DNA of 64,000 nt from Octopus vulgaris (GCA_951406725.2 OX597815.1:92380001-92444000), one strand, 5' to 3'; numbered from the stretch's first letter, positions 51,390 through 64,000 are shown. Numbers and translations are program-made. The notes: generated from the sequence alone by a model not told the origin.

Positions 51390-52207
51390 AAGATAAATTG
51401 ATAGATACAACTGAGTGGGCAAACAAAAATATGAGACACTGTGCTTTCTTATATTTTGATAAGCCTGGTACTTTTTATATTTTGATAAGTTTCTTCTTGT
51501 GAAACCAGTAAGTTATGGGGATGTAAATAAACGAACACCAGTTGTGAAGCAGTGATGAGGGAGAAACACAAAGACACACACATAGACTTACATATATACA
51601 TATACATACAATTGATTTCTTTCAGTTTCTTTCTACAAAATCCACTGACAAGGCTTTGGTTGGTCTGAGGCTATAGTAGAAGACACATGCCAAGTTACCA
51701 CACAGTGGGACTGAACTGAGGACCATGTGTTTTGGAACCAAGTTTGTTACCACACAGCCATACCTGCACTTATGTATGTGTGTGTGTGTGGGGGGGGGGT
51801 GTATGGGTGTATATATGTATGCATGTATATATATGTACATATTACATGTACATCTATATATGTATACATGTAGACATATACATGTATACATATACATCTA
51901 TATATATACATGTATATATATATATATACACACATCCATATATATACATGTATATATATATATATATATATACATACATATACATACAATAGAGAGATGT
52001 TTTTGTTTCACTTTTAACACGTAACACTGAAATAGTGGAGAAGATGTGATATTAATGTGGGCTCGCCCTAGGCAACAAGTTAAACATTTTTTTTGCCCAT
52101 GACACTCCATGGACCCTAAGTAAGGCATGTGTAAAATTTGAATGAAATTGGTTGTGTAGTTCCCAAGTTTGAGGGATTCACACAGACAGACACACACACA
52201 TTCTCAC

Positions 52208-52263
<56 letters not shown>

Positions 52264-52381
52264 CGATGATGATGATGATGATGTGTCTGTGTGTGTGTGT
52301 GTGTGTGTATATATCTGTAAATGTAATATGTGACAATAACTCGGTAGCCTATATATATATTTATACATATATATATATACA

Positions 52382-52430
<49 letters not shown>

Positions 52431-52539
52431 GTATGTAATGTGTATATATGTATATGTGTGTGTGTGTGTATTTTCTTGCAAATGGCCGGCTGCCAAGCAA
52501 GCTGAGGGCAAGAATATGCCCAATCCATAAAGGGGAAGC

Positions 52540-52790
52540 AGAGCAGATGCCAAAAACTATCTCTCTGACTTTACATAGCAAAGTCTTGGAACGGATAGTC
52601 AGAGGGAAACTAATCACATTTCTTGAAGAAAATAACTTGCTGAGTGATACCCAGCATGGCTTTCAGCCAGATAGGAGCTACCTTGACCCAGCTCTTACAT
52701 TATGAGGCAGTTACTGAACAACTGAAATGTGGATGTAATATACTTTGATTTTGCTAAAGCTTTTGATAAAGTGGATCGTGGTACACTTTG
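52540..52790 (+). mobile_element. CR1/L2-type LINE RT fragment
   Basis: [35 protein letters not shown]...VDVIYFDFAKAFDKVD. Confidence 0.82.
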
Positions 52791-52794
52791 GTCT

Positions 52795-52826
<32 letters not shown>

Positions 52827-52830
<4 letters not shown>

Positions 52831-53050
52831 GAGCTGGCAGAAACGTTAGCACGCCGGGCGAAATGCGTTGCCGTATTTCGTCTGCCGTTACGTTCCGAGT
52901 TCAAATTCCGCCGAGGTCGACTTTGCCTTTCATCCTTCCGGGGTCGATAAATTAAGTAGCAGTTACGCACTGGGGTCGATGTAATCAACTTAATCCGTTT
53001 GTCTGTCCTTGTTTGTCTCCTCTGTGTTTAGCCCCTTGTGGGTAGTAAAG
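52827..53050 (+). mobile_element. Young tRNA-derived SINE, family A, inserted in (TA)n
   Basis: gagctggcagaaacgttagcacgccgggcg...cgagttcaaattccgccgaggtcgactttgcctttcatcc; CpGs intact. Confidence 0.85.
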
Positions 53051-53422
53051 AAATATATATATATATATACATGTTTATATATATATAGATATGTGTACAT
53101 ATAAAGCTATGTGTGTATATATATATATATATATAGATATGCATATATATAATGTGTATATATAGATATGTGCATATATAAATGTATATTTGTATATATA
53201 TACTTGTATAAATATATATATATATACATATATATATATATGTTTGTATATATATATTTGTATATACATATATATATATGTTAATAGATATGTGCATATA
53301 TAAACGTATATAGATATGTATATATGTGTACATATAAATAAAATATATGGCTGATACCATCACGAGTGGTAGGCAAATTAATAAAGTATATACATACAAT
53401 ATTAGGTATGTACATATATACA

Positions 53423-54071
53423 CAAGGGTACTAAATGAGCACCTATATTGCTAAAAAATAGAAGTCAAAAAATACTTCTGTACCACCGAATAGTCACAAA
53501 TCTATTACAGACATGGTAGGAAAAAATATCAGTGAACAATAATAATGTCTTACCTCTACTGGGTCAGAACAAGTAAATGCTGGTCAACTTGGTATTGGTT
53601 TCGAAATTTAGCACCAATTAGGTGCCTGATTTCTCATCAGTGTATATATGTACATATCTAATATTTTATGTATATATTTTATTAATTTGCCTGTACAACT
53701 GATAATTCGCTTACCACTCGTGATGGTATTTTAATAATATCGTCCCTATATTTTATTTGTAAATAATTCTACACATTTTGTTTGTTCCTATAGTGCTTGG
53801 TCACTTCAAACAAACTTTTGCAGGCATGTTAGTAGTAATTTAGCTGGCTGACTTTGGCTGATGAGAAATTAGGCACCTATTTGGCGCTAAATTTCGAAAC
53901 TGGTACCAGGTTGACCAGCATTTACTTGTTCTTACCCAGTAGAGGTAAGACATTATTGTTCACTGATATTTTTCCTTATCTTGTCTGTAATAGATTTGTG
54001 ACTATTCGGTGGCACAGAATTATTTTTTGACTTTATTTTTTAGTGATATAGGTACTCATGTAGCACCCTTG
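53423..54071. mobile_element. Inverted Penelope-like pseudo-LTR pair (~215 bp arms) carrying hammerhead motifs
   Basis: 53423..53640 is the reverse complement of 53858..54071; both arms contain CTGATGAG...CGAAAC. Confidence 0.72.
53843..53919 (+). ncRNA. Minimal type I hammerhead ribozyme (Penelope-type)
   Basis: GCTGGCTGACTTTGG-CTGATGA-GAAATTAGGCACCTATTTGGCGCTAAATTTC-GAAA-CTGG-TA/CCAGGTTGACCAGC: complete core, stems I and II, minimal stem III. Confidence 0.7.
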
Positions 54072-55457
54072 AGTATATATGGACATATCTAATATTGTAT
54101 GTAATATTTTATGTGTGTACATAAATATATACACAGACACACATACACAAGAAACAACTGACCTTAATAAACACATATTTTCAACAAATAGATATACATT
54201 TATAAAATAAACTATTAATCTGCACCTATATGTGTACCTTGGCATACAAACATATATTCATGAATATTTCAATCAACATCTAATCATGTGCCAAAGAGAG
54301 GAAATGTCAGCATCACATTATAGATTCTATCAACATTCGCAGTTGTCCTATTCTTAACTGAAAGTGTTTTCTTATCCATTTTTACAATCTGATTTTCTAC
54401 GTTTGCCTATATGGGATGGTTTTCCTTTTTATTGGTTTCATCTAAAAAGAGGCTGCGTCAGTGGCCTTTTTGGGTTTTCTGTCACAGTGAGAATGAAGCA
54501 GTTAATGTTTGTCTTGAACATGAATGTAAGAATATCTTTACAGATGGAGCAGGTATTTCTTAATGCTAATCCTAATGTCTCAACTATGAAGTAAGGAATG
54601 GAGAATCTATGTACACCAGATCAAAGGGCACAAGACAGTGGATGTAGTCAGATTTTAATTTCCAAATATATGGTCTAAAATTCTGTATTTGAGGTTAGTA
54701 GCCAAGCTTCTCTGTACTAGCAAGCTGAATTATCTGCCCCAAACACACTCAACCAGATCTGATAATTTTATCTACTTTTTTTCCAACCATATTGTTTTTT
54801 TTTTATATATTCACATTAACTTACAGATGTTCAAACTGAGCAACAACCCCATCAATTTCACCAATCTGAAGAGAATCTGCCAAGATCATGTACATTGCCC
54901 CTCTTCCCCAGGCTAACTTATAAAATAAAACCTTAGCCTTGTGACTACTGTGTTTCTTATGCCCCTAAATAAAGAATCTGTTACTTTTCATATTGTATTA
55001 TTTATAGCTACATTTAAAGCAGTGAGCAGGTAGAATCAATGATGTGCTGGACAAAATGCTTAGCAGTATTTCTTCCAGTTCTTTACATCCTGAGTTCAAA
55101 AACTCGCAAGGTCAACTTTGCCTTTCATCTTTCTAGAGTTGCTAAAATAAAGTACAAGCCAACTACTGAGGCTGACGTAATTGACTAACCCCTCCCCCTA
55201 AAACTGCTGGCCTTGTGCAACAATTTGAAACAGTTATTTAAAGTTACATTTGCTATTTATAGTTGTTATACCATTCAGATAGATCCTCATTCCCACACCT
55301 CTTTAAACCTATACCTCTCATCACAAAAGTTATGATTAGAGAGCACAAGAATTAAATTTTTTGGAAAACATACAATTAAATACATCAACCTTAGAAGGGT
55401 GATAGGCAAAGTTGACTTCAATAATATTTGGCTCGGAATGTAAGAAACAATAATTAA

Positions 55458-55677
55458 CCCTTTAGCATTCACATTATTCTGTCGAAAGTAATGCTTATTT
55501 AGTCACATTGTTTTGAATTAATCATGTATTACTTTGTAGCTTGGAGATTTTTATGAGGTTACTGTTAATTTTTAGAATGATATTGTAGCATTGGTGTGAG
55601 AGGCTAGAAATGGTTGATTTGACCATAAAACTCGTAGAATATTTTGGTTAGATGTGGCTGGTTTAAATATTAAAGGG
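55458..55677. mobile_element. piggyBac-like MITE, 220 bp, TTAA-flanked
   Basis: TTAA|CCCTTTAGCATT ... AATATTAAAGGG|TTAA. Confidence 0.78.
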
Positions 55678-56651
55678 TTAAATACTATGTGGTATTTTGT
55701 CCAATGCTGTAATAATTCTACAAATCTATCACCCTATATTTAAGAATAATATTTACAAGGAGGCACATTTATAAAAAATGTATTATCATACGACATCACA
55801 AGTTTAGCTAAAGAGAAATATGTAACCACAGACTAGCTCATATAAAGTAAGCATAATCTAACAACTTACAATCAGTGTTTCCTCTGCAACCACATCAAAA
55901 TAAAGCCATATTTGATTTTATTGTTTGTTTCTACTCATAAAAAACCAGTTTCTTGAAAGTCACCAACAGTAAGAGAAGAGTAGTGTTTATTGCAACATGG
56001 GTGATGTTTGTGATGAAATAAGTCTTATGTAACAGATGTTGACATATTTTAAACAATTGTATGGGTAGAGAACAATATATAATTTTCATGATATTTCTTA
56101 ACACAGCTTGCATAACTATCATTTAGTCAGAGAAAGACAGAGGACACTGATAATCTTTATAGGCCCTCCTAGATTGATAAGCTAAATGTGGTTGATGTTC
56201 AGTTTGAACTATTTTACTGTTTGATAGAAAATAAAGAACAGAGAAAGAGTTCTAGAAGACTACAGTTTTGTGGATGAAGGAATAGGAGAAATATTTAAAT
56301 GTATTTTGAAAACCAAGATACAATAGGAATACAAGAGATAGGCTTAGAAAGTGGTACACAGCTTGCTAGTTCCAAGTAGTAGAAGCCGTCATATAGTAGA
56401 AGTCAAAGTTCATTTTTCTTCTTTAATGCCTATTTCCTATACTAGTATGGGTTAGATGGGAACATATTTGTGGTAGGATTTTACAGATGGATGATCTTTC
56501 TGTCACAAACCCTTGCCTGCTTTTTAAGTAAGAGAGACTGTATTTCACAAGTACAGAGTGGTTGATCATAATGCCAACAACAAAAGTAAACAGATTTGAA
56601 TTAACTCAATATAATATGAAAAAGAAAAAATCTTTACAAAAATAAAGTATA

Positions 56652-57035
56652 TAGGCACAGGCGTGGCTGTGTAGTTAAAAAGTTTGCTTCCCGACCACAT
56701 GGTTCCAGGTTCAGTTCCATTATGTAGCACTTTGAGCAAGTGTTTTCTACTATAGCCTTGGGTCAACAAAAGCCTTGGGAGTGGATTTAGTAGGCAGAAA
56801 CTGAAAGAAGCCTGTCGAGTGTGTGTGTGTCTTTGTTTGTCCACTACTACCACTCGACAAACGGTGTTGGTGTGTTTACGTCCCCATAACTTAGCGGCTC
56901 GGCAAAAGAGACCAATAAAATAAGTACCAGGCTTTTAAAAAAAAAGTACTGGGGTCAATTCATTCGACTAAAAATTCTTCAAGGTGATACCCCAGCATGA
57001 CCGCAATTTAATGATCTAAACAAGTAAACGAAACG
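56652..57035 (+). mobile_element. tRNA-derived SINE, family B (full length)
   Basis: ggcacaggcgtggctgtgtagttaaaaagtttgcttcccgaccacatggttccaggttcagttcc...aaataagtaccaggc...aagtactggggtc. Confidence 0.82.
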
Positions 57036-60000
57036 ATATATATCTCTCAGAAAAAAAGGGGTTTATTTCTTGAGATCAAACTCTAGCCACGGCATTTTTT
57101 TTTTTTTTTCCATAAAATTAAATGTTTGTTACAGTCCTGGTTTCTTTGATTCTTAGTTTATTACCCCACGATCATTATTTCAGACAGTGAGCACCTTAAC
57201 AAAAGCAGCCCAGTTAGTGTCCTGGCTGAAATAGCAAATGTTTTCAGAAGAAATATTTGAATTAACTCCCTTCAAAAGACAGTTTATAAAATTTATGTTG
57301 GTTTCACAATATCACGGGTTTCTTTAGATTTTCCATCATGACAGAATCTGATGATCTTAAGATCCTAATATGATAACTATTTCTTTCTTGTTCTCGCCAA
57401 CAAACATCAAGTGGAAAATTGGGTCCAGCCACGAACCTCTAACACTTGGCTTGAATGCAGTTGACTCAGTAACCTAATGGTGTGGTCTGCTACTATTGTA
57501 ACACTCTGAGCCTTGATAATACAGCTATTAACATGCTGTAGTATATTTTAATATATCATGATTGGATGAGCACTTTGTAAGTTAATTTGGGTTTGGTTAG
57601 AAAAGAGCTTAATTCATTATCAGATATGGCAATAAAGCTACAAATTCTATTCGACAATAACAAAATGTTCTTCACCGAAAATTTTAATAAGGCAGTGGGA
57701 AATTTCCGATGTTACGAATTAAACCATCCATTGGCTTGATTAACAGCTTTACTCTCAGTCTGGGATGAGTTAATCGGACACCACCGCCTTTCTGTTATTT
57801 TCACTTTATTATAGTTGCCAACCTGTCAGCTAATAAAATAAAGGTGCGTGTGCATGTATGATACAGGTAGTTAGTGTTAGAGCCTACATGTGCTATGTCT
57901 GCTGGTAGCATTATCGACATTAGATGGATATAATAAGCTTATCCAAAGAAAGAATATCATGAAAATTGCTACCGTTTATTGATTTGTTTCCAGACACAAG
58001 ACTGAATGTAAAATTAAGTAGGGAGTTGTTTTTTCTTCAATTATGTTGGCCGAGTTGGGACCAATTTTTCCTTTACGACATGTTTTTATATTTAAATATG
58101 AACATAACATATTACAGACAATAAAAATGAAATGATTATTTCATAACAATGAATAAGTAAAACAACAAAATAAATTTGTGAAATTTGAAAATAGTAGCTT
58201 CTTTTATCACATCGTATGAGAAAGTCGTGACAGAGGAAGAAAACAGTACCCTTTTAAAACCTATTGTAGCAATGTCAGAATATTTGCAACAGCAAGAAAT
58301 ACGACAATAATAGGGGTGCAAGTTATATATTCAATATGAAGCCTAACTACTGAAGTAAGAGATATTGGTAAATTTTTACAAGTGCATTAGACTTTGGTCC
58401 GAAGAAGTTTCAATCAGCTTCACTTTTAATATAAATTGGCTAAGATTTCATTTCTCGAATAACTAAACCAAATGATTTATGTTCTTAGTCATTAAGTATT
58501 ATCTTTTATAAATTAAACTGAAGAATTAAGTTGTAAGAAATATTCCTACTGCCATTGTGATTGCAGGTAGTAAAACATAACAAGAGATTGTTCTCTATTG
58601 ATATCTGTGACTGAAACATAACTATCACCAGTCGAATTTACTGAACAGTCAGACAAAGAAAGAATAAATAAATAACGACCTATAAAGAAAAACGTGTAAA
58701 ATCGATTTTAAGTAATAGCTGAGAGTAGAAGAGGAGCCGTGTTTGAACGTTCAATATACGCAGATACAATTAATAATGATGTTAATTTCTAACAATATAA
58801 CAATTGTTTATGATTTAGGCACAAGGCGGGGAGGAGGTTAGTCGATTACATAGTCCCCTGTAGCTGACTGGTACTTTGTTTTAGCGGCCCTGAAAGAATG
58901 GAAGATAAATTTGGCCTCGGTAGGGTTTGAATTCAGAACGTAAAGAATCGGAAGAAATAATGCAAACCATTTATTCCGACAGTCATCGCAAAAATGGACT
59001 GCAAAACAGTGGAATTAACAACAAAAATTAGCGATTATATATGTGTAAGTTGATTAGAATAAACAGTGAACTAAGAAGAAAAGGTTGATGCATTTATAGG
59101 TGCATATCTGAAAGAGTTGGTTACAAGAAAAAGTGAACTTGAAGTGAAAGGTTGATTTAATTAAACGTGTTTTAGCAAAAAGAAAAAAAAGAGTTAGCGG
59201 ACGGTGCAATGGCTAAGACAAAAAAAATTAGTTAAATTTTTAGGAATGTGTCGTTACGCCAGTATTGATCTGCGGTGGATGATTATTGTTTCCAATTTGA
59301 TTATTAAAACTAGACAGACAATAATGCTGTACTAATTCATACAAAATTCAGCTTAAACATTTTATTTTTACCTCACCAACCTGTTACTGTGTATAAAAAT
59401 AACGACAGTCAGATAGTGGTGAATCTAAAAATATTCCCTTTTTTTTTCCTTAAGATATGAGAATCTTAAAAACATTAAATGCGGGTTGTTACACAAAGTA
59501 AAAATATAGTAAACATTCAACAAGTTTTAATCATGCCTGGGTGATAAATCAGGATATCCGGGATAAGGAGATAGTCTAATGATACCTAGGCTGTAAAACA
59601 GGGTGACTGAAGCATGGAACTTATCTAATCATATCTAAGTGGTAAATCAGTTAGGGTGACTAAGGCATGGAGGTTTTTCTAATATTTAGGTATTAGTTGA
59701 TGTTACTGGAAGTGAATACCAGACTCAATATATAGAAGTGATCTAATACCTAGGTGGTAATTCAATTAGGGGGCTGAGGTATGGCAGTGATTTGCGCATA
59801 CTTCGATGGTAATTCGCTTTTATTTCACGATTACAATTATTATTTATATTCAATAATTTACATACATTTCTTTGCTCTTTTCTACCCTTATAACATATAA
59901 GGAAATCATCATCATTATTTGTCCTTGTAATGTCCCCTCGTTCGTCACTGTTGTGGCACATAAAGAAACTATTATTATTAAAGTCCTGTTATTCAATGAC

Positions 60001-60223
60001 GAAGATAATAGCAATCAACATTATTCATCGCGGTAATAAGAATGATGATGATGACAGTCATCATTATACCCCCACTAACAACAACATAATCATCCTCATC
60101 ACTACAACGAGATCGGTTGTGTTATTTTTAGGAGGATGCGAAAACAAAAATGAAAACGAAAGAAACATTTGTTTTTATATTTATACAGAGAGAAAATAAA
60201 TATTTGTGAAGCGACAAACTTAC

Positions 60224-60350
60224 CCACTGCTCCCAGTCAATGTGTCCCAGTGTTCTGATATTTGAAGCAACTGGAATCTTTAATAAAACCGATGTGTCCA
60301 CATTTAATAATTCCAACGAGAAAATTTTAAAACAGGTGAATATAGATAGA
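60224..60350 (-). other. Probable non-coding first (5'UTR) exon of TECPR1; 5' boundary uncertain
   Basis: Strong donor TGG|gtaagt at 60224/60223 in non-repeat sequence. The start-codon exon has its own acceptor at 33757, so an upstream exon is needed. Surrounding region retains CpG. Confidence 0.4.
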
Positions 60351-62639
60351 CGTAAAATGTGTCTACACCAACTCCTCTATTGTATACACACTACAATAAC
60401 TATGTATGTGTACATGTATCTATGTGTGTATGAGTATGCGTGTTGTAGCACTGATAGTACAGTTGTAAACCACTTTTCGTCAGGGTGGGTAGAGAAAATG
60501 TAGATTTTAATTGATAATGTGATGGAAGGGAGAAAGAGAGGGGGAGAGAGAGAATATAGCAATGGTAGCAGTGTCTGTTGGTGAACGAGAGTGGTACTTG
60601 TGATGGTAGCAACAACACTATTTGCAGCAGCTGAGATGTGGCAGATGGCAACAGTGGTAGTAGTCTCTGCAGTTAGAGACAATATGTGAACTAAGGAAAC
60701 ATAAGAGGGGCGCAAACAAATGGTAAAGAGATGACATCAGTCTACCAACAATACTATATTATCATTCAACTATTCACGTGGGGGTTGTTACATTTATTTC
60801 CTGCTTCCTTGTGTTGTCTTTTTTTTTTATTGTGGTGAATTATTTGTTCAAACCTTCGTTTTTCTCAATTTTGTCCTGTTTATTAGATCCATTATAATTC
60901 ATATTTGGTTTCAGATATTTCGAAACAGTGTTGTGTGTTTATGTTCTTATATAAAATATGTTGACTTCAAAATCCCAGTTTTCATTTATCTTGAAAAAAA
61001 AAAAAAGTAAATGCACTGTCCACGAGATAACGAAAATTTTAGCTGATTAGGGTCGTGTAGGTGAGTCAGAATGACTTGTGCTTTCAGTTTCACTGTGTGC
61101 GTGTGTATAGAAGGGGAGGGATTAAAGGACTACACAAATTAAGGATCGGTTTTAACCTAAAACTTGATATTAAACCTATATTTTACTTTGGGCTATATCT
61201 TGTGTTTTTAAGTCTCAGCGGTGTTCTTTCTATCAATAGAAGCTATGAAGGTCTAGTACAGACTTCGTTCATGTTTCGTTTTTATTTCCTGTTCAAAGTT
61301 TAATTTCAAACAATACAATTTTATCTCTAATTTCGTTGATGAGGTTTTATGGGTTAGTCGTACATTATATAGACAGATTAAGATAATAATTAATCACAGA
61401 AATGTCCTTACTTGGGGTCACTTTGAGATAGTTCATATTTAGGCAATCTTTCGTGACGAAAGATTGCCCAAACGGCAACCTAGAGACGAAAGATTGCCCA
61501 AACGGCGACCCCCTGGACTTTATGAATGGCACGCCAACGAAAAACTACCTTGAATTTTTTTAGTAGTATGGCCCCACTAGCGTAGCTAGAGTGTGTGCCG
61601 CCCGAGACGGTTCTTCAGTTTGCCGCCCCCGGACCCACACACAAATACATATTGCTCCCTCCAGCTCCTCTAGTGTATGGCCTGCTTCTCGAAAAAGGTT
61701 GCTCGTTACTGCATAAACAAATAAACCTTAAAAACAGGACTGTTATTTTATAACGGTTTAAATACATTCCACAACTTTCACATTTTTTTCCATAAGCAGT
61801 ACATCAGCTCAGTATGGCATTATAAAATCATCCGCGAAAGCAACCTAAGATATGAAAGTAGAATCTAATTATTCATCGTAAGTGCGTGTCTAATTCTTTC
61901 CTCGATAAAGATCCTGGTTCTTTTTCCCTTCCGCACAACATCCAAACGTACTACATACCAATAGAATAACTGGAGGGTGCCGGTCCGCCCCAAGGATGTT
62001 TTTATAGGAGCGGCATTGTACAATACGTTATATTTTTGTGGGGAGGGAGGAAATCTGAAGGGCTGCCCCGGGCGGAACACATTCTTGTTACACCGTAGCC
62101 TCACTTTTTCGTCGTCATATTGGCATTCTGAGACAATCCTATCTTTACCTATAACAATGTATTCAGGAGTGAGTATGTCCTTCCTTTTCTCAAGATTACA
62201 GGGAGTAATTTAAGGGATACTTGTTTGTTTATCTAACATATCGAACGACAATACAGAGTTTCTTTCTTCGACTTCGGTGCATCCAGCATACTTCATGTTA
62301 GCACAGTTCCCACCCCTATCAACCTACACAATGAAACAAAAAATATTGAAAATGAAACCAACTGGAAACGCAGGTGGGAAGAAGCAGCTTGTTGTCGCAG
62401 GAATTCCAACCATCAGTTCTTGTCCCTACACGTGTTCAACCACCCATAAACACTGACATGTCTATAGCATCAAGCAAACATAAGACAACATATACACTTA
62501 AAAGGAGAGCCTCAAATAATGTGCATAGGATGTATACCTCAAATGCAAAAAGCATTTTCTGTGCACCAAGTTCTCTTTACCTATCCCCGCTGTGGCCACA
62601 GTCAGAATCAACAAGTGCAAAATAATAGTAATGATAATA

Positions 62640-63030
62640 TTGGTTTCGAATTTTGGTTCAAGGCCTGTAATTTCAAAGAAGGTGTTAAGTCGATTACATC
62701 GACACAAGTGTTCACCTGGTACTTATTTTATCGACCCCAAAAAGATGAAAGGCAAAGTCGACATCGGCGGAATTTGGACTCAGAATGTAGAGATGGACGA
62801 AATGCCGCTAAGCAATTTGCCCAGAGAACTAACGGTTCAAGTACCAGTCAATTACAGGGGTCGATGTAATCGATTGTCTCCCTCCCTACAAAAATCCAGG
62901 CCTTGTGCATATAGTGGAAAAGGATTATTATTATTATTATAAGTACCAGTTGATCACTGGTGTCGATATAACCGACTTACCCCTCCCCCGAAATTATTGG
63001 CCTTTGTGCCAGAATTTGAAACCATTATTT
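62640..63030. mobile_element. Cluster of SINE family A fragments in both orientations
   Basis: gtcgattacatcgac...tggtacttattttatcgacccc...gatgaaaggcaaagtcgac (minus) followed by aagtaccagt...gtcgatgtaatcga fragments (plus). Confidence 0.75.
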
Positions 63031-63284
63031 TTTGTTGTTTTCTTTTGGTAAAAGGTAGGTGAATGTAACGCGAATGGCTCGAGTGAACAGGCTTACTCTA
63101 AGAATGCGCCTCTAGATCAAGGGTAGATGAAGTGGAGAGGGCACTTGCCCTAGAGATCAGGACGATCGTGGTTTTGGGGAGTTTCCACGAGTAATCTTTG
63201 GAAGTCTCCCTCTTTTGTGGATTTGTTTGGGTTAATGTTGACATTATTACCTGGAAACGAAATCGAAAAAAAAAAGGGAAATGA

Positions 63285-64000
63285 ATATGAAAACAAAAAT
63301 GCCCGGAAAGCAACAGGGGAGTGGGGAGAGACCTTCGAAAATTCACAAGATCCGATGTTTTTCCCTCATAACTTTTAGGAAAATGGGGTTTTTTAAATGA
63401 AATTTCCGTTAATGTTTAAAATCACCTCCCCCCCTAAAAAAAAAATACTGGAAAGGGTATAAAACAATGTATAGGAAACGAATATGAAAAAAAAAATGCG
63501 CGCAAAGCAACGGGAGGTGGGGAGAAGACTTCGGAAAAGTCACAAGATCCAAGCTTTTCCCTCGTAACTTTTAGGAAAATGGGGTTTTTTCAATGAAATT
63601 TTATAGAAATACCTTTCAAACGGTATAGATTACGATTATAAAGAAATTTGTGGGGGAAATCTTTTCCGAGGGGGTGGGGAGAGGACTTCGGAAAATTCAC
63701 AAGATCCGAGTTTTTCCCTCGTAACTTTGGGAGAACTATAATCCTCTTGAAATCATAAATTAGGCTTTTCCTCGGAAACTTAGATGCTAAACATCCCTTT
63801 GAAGGGTTTGGGCCCTTACTTATTGCAGATAGACAGACAGATAGATGTGTGTGTGTGTGCGCGTATTATATATATATATATATAGTAGAAGTAAGGACCC
63901 CAACCCTTCAAAGCGATGTTTAGCATCCAAGTTCCTGAGGAAAGCTTCCCCCCACGCCACGTTGCTTTCCGGGCATTTGTTTCCTACACATTTTTTTAAC
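63285..64000. repeat. Repeat with three ~190-bp-period internal units and a head-to-head inverted copy across (TA)n
   Basis: ttcacaagatcc..ttttccctc.taacttt at ~63342, ~63540 and ~63697; 63765..63820 is inverted relative to 63889..63945. Confidence 0.6.

Noticed and set aside
54825-54865. 41-nt candidate 5'UTR exon (ctcttcag|...|gtaagt) on the minus strand
   Set aside because: Splice-like motifs alone are not enough support within a ~26-kb intron.
59540-59790. Short degenerate repeats (tctaat..cctaggtgg...gggtgact.aggcatgg), superficially CRISPR-like
   Set aside because: Eukaryotic context, divergent units, no unique spacers and no cas genes.

Overview
This is AT-rich, microsatellite-dense eukaryotic DNA. 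The tRNA-derived SINE families, (GAT)n-tailed LINEs and long (TA)/(CATA) arrays suggest a coleoid cephalopod, most likely Octopus (inference). The window is dominated by one spliced gene on the minus strand, a TECPR1 orthologue (tectonin beta-propeller repeat-containing protein 1). I traced 13 coding exons from the ATG at 33738 down to 354. All have GT-AG boundaries and matching phases, and together encode TECPR repeats, an N-terminal dysferlin (DysF) domain, the LIR, a long linker, the ATG5-interacting region and a PH domain. The gene continues off the left edge, and a probable non-coding first exon ends near 60224. Introns hold decayed mobile elements: RTE-type LINEs with a PHD-like finger inside the RT, RTE-BovB, CR1/L2, CRE-like and R4/Dong-like fragments, a Gypsy gag-protease relic, two Tc1/mariner relics, TTAA MITEs, non-autonomous Helitron-like elements and Penelope-like fragments. 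The most notable observations are an inverted Penelope-type repeat carrying minimal hammerhead ribozymes (53423-54071), near-identical inverted LINE tails flanking the first five coding exons (circRNA/ADAR candidate), a compensating frameshift pair in the DysF exon, a 41-bp partial exon duplicate, and an altered ATG5-binding motif. No CRISPR arrays or genuine rRNA/tRNA genes were seen.
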